Shown piece after piece: positions 17,638 to 27,579 of a DNA stretch of 64,000 bases (positions are counted from its first letter, which is position 1; the number at the start of each line of letters is the position of its first letter). The position numbers and the translations under genes were made by a program. Source of the stretch: an uncultured Desulfatitalea sp. (GTDB lineage: Bacteria; Desulfobacterota; Desulfobacteria; Desulfobacterales; Desulfosarcinaceae); NCBI GenBank assembly GCA_963668675.2, contig CAXXMB010000002.1:2944001-3008000 (forward strand). Direction: 5' to 3'. The notes under the pieces are model-generated. The model had not been told where the DNA came from. It saw nothing but the letters and a program-made list of their open reading frames with translations, and made no database searches.

Positions 17638-18855
17638 ATGAAAAACAGACATGCTTTTATGTTTCAAATGGTGTTTACCTTGATCGTGTGTGTGGTGCTG
17701 GCTGCGCCATCTCACGCTGCTGAAACTTACAAATTGGCATTGTCGCTGGCCATCACCGGCCCGACCTCGGACGCCGGCAATCCTTACTCCAAAGGGGTGG
17801 AGGACTACATCCGTTACGTCAACGATACCAAGATGCTGGGCGGCAACTCGGTCCAGTGCACGATTCGCGATGATCAGTACAAAACCGACATTACCAAGCG
17901 CAATTTCGAAGAGTTCCTGGACGATGGCATCGTGCTCTACCTCAACTACTCCACCGGCAGCACCCTGGCCCTGAAGCGCGATTTCGAAGAGGAGAAGATC
18001 CCGACCATCCCTGCATCGTTCCACGCCGGAAACCTCGTGGACTCCAACTACATCTTCCTGCCCATCGCTACCTATTCGAGCCAGTGCATCGGACTGGCCG
18101 AGTATGTCGTCGCGAACAACAAGGGCGACCTGCCCAAGGTGGCCATGTTCATCCACCCGTCGGCCTTCGGGCGCGGACCGGTGGAAGATGTGGAGAACGC
18201 CGTCAAAGCCGGTTTGAAGATGGAGATTGTCGAGGTGGTGGAGCACGGTAAGGACCTGGACAACACGGCCACGTTGCAACGGCTGCTGAGCAAACAGGTG
18301 CGTTTCGTGATCTGCCAGACCGTGCAGTCACCGGTGGCCACGCTGCTCAAAGACGCCCAGCGGTTGGGCGTGGTGGCCAAATCCTTTGGCGAGGAGGGCA
18401 AGCTCACTTTTCTGGGCGCCCACTACACCGGCGGTATCGACCTGATCAATCTGGCCGGATCGGCTTCGGAAGGATTTTTCTGGACCACCTCCTATACGCT
18501 TACGTCGGAGAAGGGGCCGGGTACGGAGTTTCAGTTGATGCTGGCTAAAAAGTATGATCGGGATGAGAAGACCGCCAACTCTCACAACTACACCAACGGC
18601 ATGATGGTGGCCCAGGTGGCCGTGGAGTGCATCCGGCGCGTCAAGGCCAATGGCGGCAAGGTGACTCGCGAGAGCCTGTACAAGACGCTCAACGCCATGA
18701 ACGGCAGTAATAGCTACTCGCCAGGCAACACCGTGGGGCCCGTTACCTATTCACCCACCGACCATGCCGGTGTGGATACCCTGCAGGCCTACTCGGTGCA
18801 GGGCGGTGTTTTCAAGGCTGTGGGCAAACCCTTCATCCCGAAGTATGCGAAATAG
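17638..18855 (+). CDS. Liv-type periplasmic substrate-binding protein
   Basis: Signal peptide; ITGPTS..G; operon context. Confidence 0.88.
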   Translation: MKNRHAFMFQMVFTLIVCVVLAAPSHAAETYKLALSLAITGPTSDAGNPYSKGVEDYIRYVNDTKMLGGNSVQCTIRDDQYKTDITKRNFEEFLDDGIVLYLNYSTGSTLALKRDFEEEKIPTIPASFHAGNLVDSNYIFLPIATYSSQCIGLAEYVVANNKGDLPKVAMFIHPSAFGRGPVEDVENAVKAGLKMEIVEVVEHGKDLDNTATLQRLLSKQVRFVICQTVQSPVATLLKDAQRLGVVAKSFGEEGKLTFLGAHYTGGIDLINLAGSASEGFFWTTSYTLTSEKGPGTEFQLMLAKKYDRDEKTANSHNYTNGMMVAQVAVECIRRVKANGGKVTRESLYKTLNAMNGSNSYSPGNTVGPVTYSPTDHAGVDTLQAYSVQGGVFKAVGKPFIPKYAK

Positions 18856-18885
18856 CAGCGACGCTTGAGAATCGTAGACGGGCGT

Positions 18886-18913
18886 ATGGGCGCAGGGATG
18901 GCCCTGCGCCCAT
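18886..18913 (+). terminator. Intra-operon stem-loop after the binding-protein gene (stabiliser or partial terminator)
   Basis: Perfect 12-bp stem ATGGGCGCAGGG/CCCTGCGCCCAT. Confidence 0.55.
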
Positions 18914-18946
18914 CCTTCAGCAAGGCAGGCAGGGACGGTTCAAACT

Positions 18947-19768
18947 ATGGCAGCGACCCCCGATAGAGAGCGACTGCTCGATGTCAACAACATCGAAGTG
19001 GTGTACAACGATATCATTCAGGTGCTGCGTGGTGTCAGCATCAGCGTGGCCAAGGGCGACATTGTCGCACTGCTGGGGACCAATGGCGCCGGCAAAACCA
19101 CGACGTTGCGGGCCATCAGTGGCCTGCTCAAGCCGGAGAACGGATATATCCGGGAGGGATTTATCAAGTTCGACGGCAAGGATATCACCAATGTTCTGGG
19201 CACCGAAGTGGTCCACCTGGGTGCGGTGATGGTGCCCGAAGGCCGCCGGGTGTTCAAGCATCTGACCGTGGATGAGAATATCCGGGTCGGGTCGGTCACC
19301 CGCAAGGACGGCGCGGCCAACATCCGCCAGGACTATCAGCGCATGTATGTCCATTTTCCCCGCCTCTCCAAGGTGACCAACCGCCTGGCCGGGTATTGCT
19401 CGGGCGGCGAGCAGCAGATGATCGCCATTGCCCGGGCCCTCATGGCGGCCCCCAAGATGCTGATGCTCGATGAGCCATCACTGGGGCTTGCCCCTCTTCT
19501 GGTCAAGGAGATTTTCGACAACGTCAAACGCATCAACCAGGAGATGAAGGCTACGATTCTGGTGGTCGAGCAGAACGCCAAGATAGCCTTGGCGGTATCC
19601 GATTATGCCTATATCATGGAGAACGGCAAAATCGTTCTGGAGGGGCCGTCGGACAAACTTCAGGACAACCCGGATGTGAAGGAGTTCTACATGGGGGTGA
19701 CCCAGGGCGGGGGGCGCAAGTCTTTTAAAGAGGTGAAGTCTTACAAGCGTCGCAAACGGTGGATGTAG
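18947..19768 (+). CDS. Liv-type ABC ATP-binding subunit (LivF-like)
   Basis: GTNGAGKT, SGGEQQM, DEPSLGLAP, VEQN. Confidence 0.92.
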   Translation: MAATPDRERLLDVNNIEVVYNDIIQVLRGVSISVAKGDIVALLGTNGAGKTTTLRAISGLLKPENGYIREGFIKFDGKDITNVLGTEVVHLGAVMVPEGRRVFKHLTVDENIRVGSVTRKDGAANIRQDYQRMYVHFPRLSKVTNRLAGYCSGGEQQMIAIARALMAAPKMLMLDEPSLGLAPLLVKEIFDNVKRINQEMKATILVVEQNAKIALAVSDYAYIMENGKIVLEGPSDKLQDNPDVKEFYMGVTQGGGRKSFKEVKSYKRRKRWM

Positions 19769-19776
19769 GATTTATC

Positions 19777-19946
19777 AGTTTAAAGTTGGACGTTTTAAGT
19801 TTAAAGTGAAGGTATGTTGTCTGATTCGAAGGCGTCGATTTTGAATTTTGGAAGTAACTTGCTGCGAGAATAGGTGGAAGATCAAAAGAGTGGATACGAT
19901 CGACAGAATACCTTCACTTTAAACTTTTTACTTTACACTTTAAACT
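19777..19946. repeat. Inverted heptamer-array element
   Basis: Perfect 19-bp IR (19797-19815 / 19908-19926) plus outer AGTTTAAAGT/ACTTTAAACT. Confidence 0.8.
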
Positions 19947-19976
19947 CCCGGCAACGCCGGGCAACAGGAGTATTGC

Positions 19977-20372
19977 ATGAAGATATTGGTGGCTTACAAT
20001 GGCTCACCGCCTTCCCAGCGGGCGTTGGAAATGGCGTGCGAAAAGGCCAAAGCGAAATCGGATTCTCTGGTTTATGTGGTAACCTCAATGGAGGGTGGCA
20101 GTGGTGAGACCCTGGAGGATATCCAGGAGGTGGAAGACAATCTGCAAAAAGCCAAAGATTACCTGCTTCAATCGCAAGTGAACTGCGAGACGCTCCAACT
20201 GGCGCGTGGATTGACGCCTGGTGAAGATCTGGTCAAGTTTTCCGAAGACAATGGTGTGGACCATATCTTCATCGGCATAGAGAAGAAATCGCGAACACGC
20301 AAGCTGCTGCTCGGGTCGACGGCCCAGTTCATCATTCTGAGAGGGCCCTGCCCGGTGACCACCACAAAATGA
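19977..20372 (+). CDS. Universal stress protein
   Basis: KILVAYNGS...LLLGSTAQ..I...PCPV. Confidence 0.92.
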   Translation: MKILVAYNGSPPSQRALEMACEKAKAKSDSLVYVVTSMEGGSGETLEDIQEVEDNLQKAKDYLLQSQVNCETLQLARGLTPGEDLVKFSEDNGVDHIFIGIEKKSRTRKLLLGSTAQFIILRGPCPVTTTK

Positions 20373-20587
20373 TGGGCAGGGGCGCTGTCTGTCTCTTTCC
20401 GGCTTCACCAGACAGATTTGGATGCGTCTGAAACGATATGCAACATCCTTCCGGGGGCCGGTCCGGTGGGTGATGACGCCCGATGCGTGGTGGCGCAACA
20501 GATGCCCCTTCCCGATACGCCTGCCCCTTGCGCTACAGATGGCGCATTCGATGATCCCCTCTCATATTTACATAGGAGGAACAGTAC

Positions 20588-22114
20588 ATGAGCCAATATG
20601 ATCTGACCCTATACGATATCATCTGTCGCAATGCCCGCCTCTTCCCGGAACGGGCCGCGTGGTTGGAGGCCGAAGAGAACCGGACGATGACGTTCTCAGC
20701 CTACCGGGGGGCGGTAGATCGCATGGCCGCGGGATTGCTGGCCGTGGGATTTCGCAAGGGAGAACGCATCGGCGTCATCGGCAAAAATTGCCTCTCCTAC
20801 CTGGTGCTTTACGGTGCGGCAGCGGCGCTGGGTGGGATCGTGGTCCCTATCAATTGGCGGCTCTCTCCGGATGAGATGGTTTACAACCTCAACGATACCC
20901 AGGTGGCCTATCTGTTTGCCGACAGCGAAGACCCTGAGGCGATGAAGACGGTTCAGGCCAAGCTTGCCGGCAAAGCCAAGTGCTTCAATCTGCAGGCCCA
21001 GAACGGCCCCTTTGCCGATCTGGTCGATGCACCTATGCCCAGTGACGGACTTCCGTCTGACGAGGTGTCGTCAGACGATGGCTTTGTGATTATTCACACG
21101 GCGGCTGTGGCCGGGCGGCCGCGGGGGGCGCTGCTGAGTCACCGCAACCTGCTCTGCGCCAACGCCCAACTGATGCACCAGGCCAATTTGACCGGTGCCG
21201 ATGTGCATCTCAATCCCTTGCCCATGTTTCACATCGCCGGTTTGGGGATGGCTTTTTGCTGCTTTCATGCCGGCATGCTCAACGTTAACATGCGCAAATT
21301 CGACGCTGTGCAGGCCGCCCGGTTGATTGCCGAGCATGGTGTCAGCGTGCTGTTCGCCTTTGCGCCCATGATGCAGACCCTGCTGGCCCATGTGACTGAG
21401 AGCGGCGGGAAGATCGATTCGCTGCGGGCCGTCCTTGGAATCGATACGCCCGAGGTGATCGAACGCTACCAGGCGCTGACCGGCGGCTCGTTCTACAGCC
21501 TCTTCGGCCAGACGGAAACCTCCATGGTGGTGACCATGAGCCCTTACAGAGAACGACCCGGATCGGCCGGCCGACCGTTGCCCCTGGTTGAGATTCAACT
21601 GATGGATGATGCCGATCAGCCGGTTTCCGCCGGTCAGGCGGGGGAGATTGCTGTGCGCGGCCCCATGGTCTTCAAAGGGTACTGGGGGCTGGACGAGGAG
21701 AACGCCTATACATTCCGAAATGGTTGGCACCATACGGGTGACATGGGCCGCTTCGATGAGGATGGATACCTGTGGTATGTGGCCCGCAAGGCGGAGAAGG
21801 AGTTGATCAAGCCGGGGGGGGAGAATGTTTACCCGGCGGAGGTGGAGAAGGTGATTTTGGCGCATCCGGCGGTTGAGTCGGTGGTGGTTTTCGGTGTGCC
21901 CGATCCCAAGTGGACCGAGGGTATCAAGGCGGTGTGTTGTCTGAAAACGGGTGAGACACTGGAGGCCAAGGCGTTGATCGAATTCGTCGGGGGGCGCATC
22001 GCCCGATATAAAAAGCCTCAGTATGTGCAATTCGTGGAAGAGCTTCCGTTGTTGAAAGATGGTTCGGCGGATCGGGCCGAAGTTAAAAAGCGGTATGGCG
22101 GGCCGCAGGGGTGA
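20588..22114 (+). CDS. AMP-binding (acyl-CoA synthetase-like) protein with variant P-loop
   Basis: HTAAVAGRPRG, FGQTE, GWHHTGD, GGENVYPAEVE. Confidence 0.88.
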   Translation: MSQYDLTLYDIICRNARLFPERAAWLEAEENRTMTFSAYRGAVDRMAAGLLAVGFRKGERIGVIGKNCLSYLVLYGAAAALGGIVVPINWRLSPDEMVYNLNDTQVAYLFADSEDPEAMKTVQAKLAGKAKCFNLQAQNGPFADLVDAPMPSDGLPSDEVSSDDGFVIIHTAAVAGRPRGALLSHRNLLCANAQLMHQANLTGADVHLNPLPMFHIAGLGMAFCCFHAGMLNVNMRKFDAVQAARLIAEHGVSVLFAFAPMMQTLLAHVTESGGKIDSLRAVLGIDTPEVIERYQALTGGSFYSLFGQTETSMVVTMSPYRERPGSAGRPLPLVEIQLMDDADQPVSAGQAGEIAVRGPMVFKGYWGLDEENAYTFRNGWHHTGDMGRFDEDGYLWYVARKAEKELIKPGGENVYPAEVEKVILAHPAVESVVVFGVPDPKWTEGIKAVCCLKTGETLEAKALIEFVGGRIARYKKPQYVQFVEELPLLKDGSADRAEVKKRYGGPQG

Positions 22115-22173
22115 ACTTTTAATAGTGCTTTAGATGTCCTTTTGTGGGTATATCGCTTATGCACTGCTGCACC

Positions 22174-22354
22174 GGTGCTGGTGGCAAGGGGGAGTAGCTG
22201 ACACGCTCCGTGGTCTAAGTGATGCTAAGATGCGCTCCGGGCGGCCCGCAAACTCGCTGCGCTCAAACAGTGCGGGCCGCTGACCCTGCGCTGCATCTAA
22301 GCATCACTAAGACCACTGCGCTGACGTCAACTACTCCCCCTTGCCACCAGCACC
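22174..22354. repeat. 181-bp long palindrome between convergent genes
   Basis: GGTGCTGGTGGCAAGGGGGAGTAG...CTACTCCCCCTTGCCACCAGCACC with nested arms; apex AAACTCGCTGCGCTCAAACAG. Confidence 0.85.
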
Positions 22355-22410
22355 TTTCTTTCTACTTTTGCCAAGTTGGTTATCTTCTATGGCGTTGCCC
22401 CCGTTATACT

Positions 22411-23004
22411 CTATTTGGGCAGTCCGGCAACAATTGCTTCTATTACACCTTTCCGGATGAGCATGACGGCGATGGCGGCCAGGAAGAGGCTGGCGATTTT
22501 GGTGGCGCTGCGGGTGCCGTTACGGCCCAGTATGCGGGTGATGCTGGTGGCGAAGAGGAAGGCGACGCCCGCGATCAGCAGGTTGACGACAACGGCCAGG
22601 GAGGTGAGCCCCTTGCCGTAGGCGTTGGCCAGCACGATGCAGGTGGTCAGCAGGGCGGGTCCGGCCAGCAGGGGGATGCCGATGGGAACGGCGCCCATGA
22701 GTTCCGTATCTGCCTGACGTCTTTTTTTCTCTCCGGTCAATAGATCGTTCAATGAGATGGCAAAGAGCAAACTTCCCCCGGCGATCATGAAGTCGGCCAC
22801 CGTTACGCCCAGGAAGGTGAGCAGCGCGGGCCCGAATATGATGAATGCCAGGGAGAAAACGGTGGCTGTTATGATGGATTGGACGAGTATGGTCCGGCGG
22901 GTGCGTGCTTCGAGGCCGTCTGTCAAAGAGATGTAGATCGGCAATACGCCGATGGCGTCCACGGCAACGAAGAGCGGTACGAAGCAGAGCCAGAATTCCT
23001 GCAT
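22411..23004 (-). CDS. MarC family membrane protein
   Basis: LFVAVDAIG, FMIAGG, VPIGIPLLAGP. Confidence 0.9.
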   Translation of the reverse strand: MQEFWLCFVPLFVAVDAIGVLPIYISLTDGLEARTRRTILVQSIITATVFSLAFIIFGPALLTFLGVTVADFMIAGGSLLFAISLNDLLTGEKKRRQADTELMGAVPIGIPLLAGPALLTTCIVLANAYGKGLTSLAVVVNLLIAGVAFLFATSITRILGRNGTRSATKIASLFLAAIAVMLIRKGVIEAIVAGLPK

Positions 23005-23020
23005 GGCCTTGACTCCCCTT

Positions 23021-24097
23021 TTATAGGTATTGAATCGGTGTCATTTTTCTTTTGCGCCGGACGGCCTCGAGCAAACCGACTGTGCCAGTCATCATGTTGT
23101 CTCCCCAAGGTGCTCCCCACACGATCGGCAGTTTCGACCCGGTCATGAGGCGGCGTTTGGGGCCGGTGGCGATGATGGCCCGGACCTTGTCAAAGCCCAC
23201 CACATTTCTGAGGTAGGCGCCATGGCCGCCCTCTGCGAGAATCTGATCGTGTCGGATGCGGCCGTTGGCCAGGTCCACGAGCAGCGACTCCAGGCGCTCC
23301 AGGGTGATGTCGCGGGTGTGGTACTCCACGAAGGCGGCCACGCGGTCTCCTTCCAGCGTTGCGGCAACGGTGTGCGAGGTGGCGATGTCGAGGATGATCA
23401 CCGGCGAAGCGCTCGCGGCAGCGGCGTCGAGGCCGGCGCCGCACATGGCGGCCATGCCGCTGTCCATGACGTAAACCTCTCGGGCGTTGAGCTTGTGGGC
23501 GTCGTCGGCCATGCAGCGCAGTCGGTTGAAGGCTTTCGGTACTTCATCGCTGTGATAGAGCAGGTCATATGGGGATGAGGACTGGTCGAGGATTTCTTCG
23601 AACAAGTTGTGGCGGAAATCGAGATGGCTCACCCCCTTGGGGGCCACCCCGTGATCCTGGGCGCAGAGGGTCACCGCGTCAAATGCCATTGGCAGTCCGA
23701 GCCCCTCTATGATTTGGGCGATGCGTTCGGGCTGCACATCGCCCAAGCGTACCGTGGTGTATTGGGGATCGGCACTCAACCGATCGATGGTGCGGTCCTC
23801 TTCAATGATCATGCCCCAGCTGCGCACCCGCTCCATGTCGTGGTGAAGCGTGGCTGCCGCCGATGGGGAGATGAGCACCCGATCCGTTTCGGCCCGCTGG
23901 CGCAGGGCGTCGCTCACCGGCCCACCGCCCATCTCTGCGCCCGACACCACTAAGGCGCCTTTGGTTTGGGCAATCTGCTCGGCCACGAGGCGAACCGGTG
24001 AGGGCGCCACGGCTTTGAAATGGTCACCGCTGTCGCTGTTGTAGCAGAGCATGTCCATGGTGCCGGCCCCGATATCGATCATGAGGAGTTGGCTCAT
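23021..24097 (-). CDS. DUF1786 family (ASKHA-fold) protein
   Basis: IDIGAGT.D, AQDHG, MDSG, EYHT, EGGHG, GDNMMTG. Confidence 0.8.
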   Translation of the reverse strand: MSQLLMIDIGAGTMDMLCYNSDSGDHFKAVAPSPVRLVAEQIAQTKGALVVSGAEMGGGPVSDALRQRAETDRVLISPSAAATLHHDMERVRSWGMIIEEDRTIDRLSADPQYTTVRLGDVQPERIAQIIEGLGLPMAFDAVTLCAQDHGVAPKGVSHLDFRHNLFEEILDQSSSPYDLLYHSDEVPKAFNRLRCMADDAHKLNAREVYVMDSGMAAMCGAGLDAAAASASPVIILDIATSHTVAATLEGDRVAAFVEYHTRDITLERLESLLVDLANGRIRHDQILAEGGHGAYLRNVVGFDKVRAIIATGPKRRLMTGSKLPIVWGAPWGDNMMTGTVGLLEAVRRKRKMTPIQYL

Positions 24098-24327
24098 TTC
24101 GCGTGTCCTTTTAGAACATAGGTTGATCCCACATAAACCCCTTGGCTATGAGGTGCCAGGTGGAGAATATCCCTGTTGGCATATCGGAAAACCTGGTTGT
24201 TGGCAACTGCCAGGGAGGGAAGGCCATTGCCGGCGTGTCTCAAATCAACGGCTCAAACGATACAATTGGTTGCCAAAGGTTGTGTCACACTGGTATGAGG
24301 TTTGTAACCATTAAAGGAGGTGTTGAT

Positions 24328-24465
24328 ATGCGCTGGCGCTGTCTGATTTGCGGTTATATTCACGATGGAGAGCAGCCGCCCTACCGTTGCCCGATATGTG
24401 GGGCACCGGCCAAGATGTTCGAGCAGGTGGCGGAAAAGCCCTCCCCGAAGGCCAAGCGCCAATGA
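24328..24465 (+). CDS. Small rubredoxin-like protein
   Basis: AAAGGAGG SD; MRWRCLICGYIH...CPICGA. Confidence 0.8.
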   Translation: MRWRCLICGYIHDGEQPPYRCPICGAPAKMFEQVAEKPSPKAKRQ

Positions 24466-25034
24466 AGGTCTATACCCAGACCGGCGATCAGGGCAAAACC
24501 AGCCTGCTCAGCGGCGAGCGGGTGGCCAAGAGCGATGCGCGCATTCAGGCCTATGGTGAGATCGATGAACTCAACTCCGTGGTCGGGGCACTCATAGCCG
24601 CTCTGACACCCGGCGCCGAATCGGCCCGGGATGAGCTCCAACAGATCCAATCGGATCTGTTCCAGGTGGGTGCCTGGCTGGCGGCCACGCCGGGGTCCGA
24701 AATAAGGGCGCGTCTTTCGCCGATCACCATCGAGCACAGCCGGCGCATTGAAGCGTTTATCGACACCATGGATGAAGCGTTGCCCGAACTGAAACGCTTC
24801 ATTCTGCCGGGCGGCCATCCGGCTGCTGCATGGGCCCATATTGCCCGCACGGTTTGCCGAAGAGCGGAGCGGGGTGTGACGATGTTGGCAGAACAGGAGA
24901 GCGGAGCGGCGGGAGACGCCGATGGGACAGGGTCGGTGGTCGTCTACGTCAATCGCCTTTCCGACTACTTTTTCGTGCTTGCACGCTGGTTGAATCAGAT
25001 GTCGGGCGTTGGAGACGTGACGTGGCAGGGATAG
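24462..25034 (+). CDS. PduO-type cob(I)alamin adenosyltransferase
   Basis: YTQTGDQGKT, AYGEIDELN, RTVCRRAER, NRLSDYFF. Confidence 0.92.
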   Translation: MKVYTQTGDQGKTSLLSGERVAKSDARIQAYGEIDELNSVVGALIAALTPGAESARDELQQIQSDLFQVGAWLAATPGSEIRARLSPITIEHSRRIEAFIDTMDEALPELKRFILPGGHPAAAWAHIARTVCRRAERGVTMLAEQESGAAGDADGTGSVVVYVNRLSDYFFVLARWLNQMSGVGDVTWQG

Positions 25035-25045
25035 CCACCGGGGAG

Positions 25046-25717
25046 ATGGCCGGCAACACCTCCGAATCGCTCTATTCGGTGGCTGTTCTCGATCTGCGCT
25101 GGTTGAGCGGTGAGGTATTTGAAATCCGGTTCGAGCGGCCGGATAGCTTTGCTTATCAGCCGGGCCAGAAGATCAGCTTTGTCGAGGGTCCGCTTCGTCG
25201 CGATTACACGCTGCTGGGGCCGGCCCACGTCGATGAACTGGCTCTGTGCGTGCGCCATGTGCCCAACGGGCGGTTTTCACCGCGACTGGCCCGGGCAAAC
25301 AGGGGCGACCGGTTTCAGATTACGGCGCCGTTCGGGTATTTTACCTATAAGGCGTCATCGCGGTCGGCGGTCTTTGTGGCCACCGGGACCGGGATTGCTC
25401 CTTTTGTGGCCTATGCGCATGCCGGCACGCGGGGATTCGCTCTGCTCCATGGCGGGCGAACTGTTGAAGCGCTCTATTACCGTGACATCCTGGCCGATGC
25501 AGCCGATCGTTACATACCGTGCATCTCCGGGGAGCCTCCTCGGGAACCGTTGCCCGCTGTGTTTGCCGGTCGGGTCGATCAATATCTCTCGACCGTTTTT
25601 CCGGAGGGGGTTTACGATTTCTACCTCTGTGGTCGGGCAGGGATGATCCGTGATGTTATCCGGGTGATCGACTTTAGATTTAAAGCGTCACGGGTGTTCA
25701 TGGAGGCGTTTGATTGA
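25046..25717 (+). CDS. FAD/NAD(P)-binding oxidoreductase (FNR-like)
   Basis: RDYT, G.FS, ATGTGIAP, FYLCG, E.F at the C-terminus. Confidence 0.85.
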   Translation: MAGNTSESLYSVAVLDLRWLSGEVFEIRFERPDSFAYQPGQKISFVEGPLRRDYTLLGPAHVDELALCVRHVPNGRFSPRLARANRGDRFQITAPFGYFTYKASSRSAVFVATGTGIAPFVAYAHAGTRGFALLHGGRTVEALYYRDILADAADRYIPCISGEPPREPLPAVFAGRVDQYLSTVFPEGVYDFYLCGRAGMIRDVIRVIDFRFKASRVFMEAFD

Positions 25718-25822
25718 GACAGGGTGACGGAAACGACGGTGGCGCATTTGTCGATCGGGATCGTCGGCGCACCCATTTGGCAATGATGCCGATATAAGCC
25801 ATACAGTGCGCCCTGCTCTCAA

Positions 25823-27556
25823 ATGGCGGAATTGATTGGAATGGTACGCTTTTTTATCATATTGACCCTATTGCTGTTTTCAAGCGTCAGTGGCACATAC
25901 GCTGCCGGGACCAAGAACGTCTGGGTACTGCACAGCTATCACCAGGGGTGGCCGTGGACCGATCATATTACCAAAGGCATCCAATCGGTATTCTCCCCCT
26001 TCGGCAAAGAGATCCTGATCTATTACGACTATCTCGATTTGCACCGTGCCAGTGACGACGTCCTTGCCGATGCCGCCACCTATTTCCAACGCAAACTCGA
26101 GCACATCGCCATGGATGTCATCATCGTGTCGGACGACGGCGCCCTTCAGTTTCTCGACAAGTATGGCGACCGGCTGGCACCCGGTACTCCTGTTGTTTTT
26201 TGCGGCATTAACAGTGAACCGCAGCGCTCCCTCTTCGGCGATCGTGAACTGACTGGGGTTGTCGAGCAGATCGACCATTTGGGGGCCCTCGACCTCATGC
26301 TGCGCCTGCACCCCGAATGCCGCAGGATCGTTGCGCTGGTCGATCGTAAGGCGATCAGCCCTTTTGCGTTGGACGAATTGGAAAAGGCCATTGCAAAGAT
26401 CAATCAGCGGGTATCGGTGGATACGTGGCAGGATATACCCTGGTCACGGATGCCGGCCAAACTGGTTGCATTGACACCTGGCGACCTGGTCTACCTGCTG
26501 GGCTTCGATCACGATCGAAGCGGTAACGCCGCTATCGCTTCCGAGGTCGCCGATCTGGTGGTGCGCTGGTCTCCGGTGGCCGTCTACACTCCCTTGGACC
26601 TCTATCTGGGTAGAGGCGTTGTCGGCGGGTTGGTCAACTCCGGTTCCGGCCAGGGGGCCCAGGCAGGTCGCATGGCCTTGCGCATCCTTTCCGGAGAGGC
26701 GGCAGCGGATATCCCTGTGGCGGATCAAGTGCCGCACCCCTATCTTTTTGACGGCCGGGCACTGCAGCGTTTTGATATCGATGCCGATCAGGTGCCGGAG
26801 CAGAGTGAGATCATTCACCAACAGCCTGTTTTTTGGTTGCGCCACGGCATCTTTTTCGTCTGTCTGGTGGCGGCGCTGTTGTTGCTCAGCAGCCTTTTAC
26901 TGATGCTGTTGATGCGCCAGCGCAGCAAACAGAGCAGCCTGGTTCAAATCAATACGGATCTGGATGGCCGCATCAGGGAGAAGTCGGTTCACTTGCAGAT
27001 TGTCAATCAGAAGCTCAAGAAGCAATCCTTGACCGATGGCGTCACCGGCATTCCCAACAGGCGCTATATCTACCAACGGCTGGTCGAAGAGATCAAAAAG
27101 GCGCGTCGCTACAACGTATCGCTGGCCCTTGTGCTGTTCGATATCGACGGGTTCAAGAAGATCTACGATCAGCACGGCTACGTGCTGGGTGAGCGTATCC
27201 TGCGGGATGTGGGCCACACCATCAAACGCAACATGCGCGAGATCGATCTGGTGGGCCGTTACGGGGGAGAAGCATTTCTGGTGATCCTGCCCAACACTAC
27301 CCTCGAACAGGCCCGCTGCACGGCAGAACGCGTACGGAAGAAGATCGCCGGCTTGTCGTGGGAGCAGGGTGAGGTGAAGGTGACGGTCAGCGGTGGCCTG
27401 ACCCAGTTTGTGGATCAGACCCCGCCTGAACTTGTCCAGCGGGTCGACGACCTGTTGGACGCCGCTAAGGGAGGCGGTGGCAATCGCATTGCCGATGGCG
27501 GGGATACAGGCAGCCTGGGGGGAGGGGTGATTCCCCTGCCGGAATTCGAACGCTAA
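25823..27556 (+). CDS. Membrane sensor with ABC-binding-like domain and degenerate GGDEF domain
   Basis: LHSYHQG.PWT sensor; TM; GRYGGEAF; REID I-site. Confidence 0.85.
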   Translation: MAELIGMVRFFIILTLLLFSSVSGTYAAGTKNVWVLHSYHQGWPWTDHITKGIQSVFSPFGKEILIYYDYLDLHRASDDVLADAATYFQRKLEHIAMDVIIVSDDGALQFLDKYGDRLAPGTPVVFCGINSEPQRSLFGDRELTGVVEQIDHLGALDLMLRLHPECRRIVALVDRKAISPFALDELEKAIAKINQRVSVDTWQDIPWSRMPAKLVALTPGDLVYLLGFDHDRSGNAAIASEVADLVVRWSPVAVYTPLDLYLGRGVVGGLVNSGSGQGAQAGRMALRILSGEAAADIPVADQVPHPYLFDGRALQRFDIDADQVPEQSEIIHQQPVFWLRHGIFFVCLVAALLLLSSLLLMLLMRQRSKQSSLVQINTDLDGRIREKSVHLQIVNQKLKKQSLTDGVTGIPNRRYIYQRLVEEIKKARRYNVSLALVLFDIDGFKKIYDQHGYVLGERILRDVGHTIKRNMREIDLVGRYGGEAFLVILPNTTLEQARCTAERVRKKIAGLSWEQGEVKVTVSGGLTQFVDQTPPELVQRVDDLLDAAKGGGGNRIADGGDTGSLGGGVIPLPEFER

Positions 27557-27579
27557 CGCAACTGCATCTTGGAGGATAC

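Noticed and set aside
22219..22743. 174-aa ORF
   Set aside because: Made of the palindrome plus the antisense strand of the MarC gene
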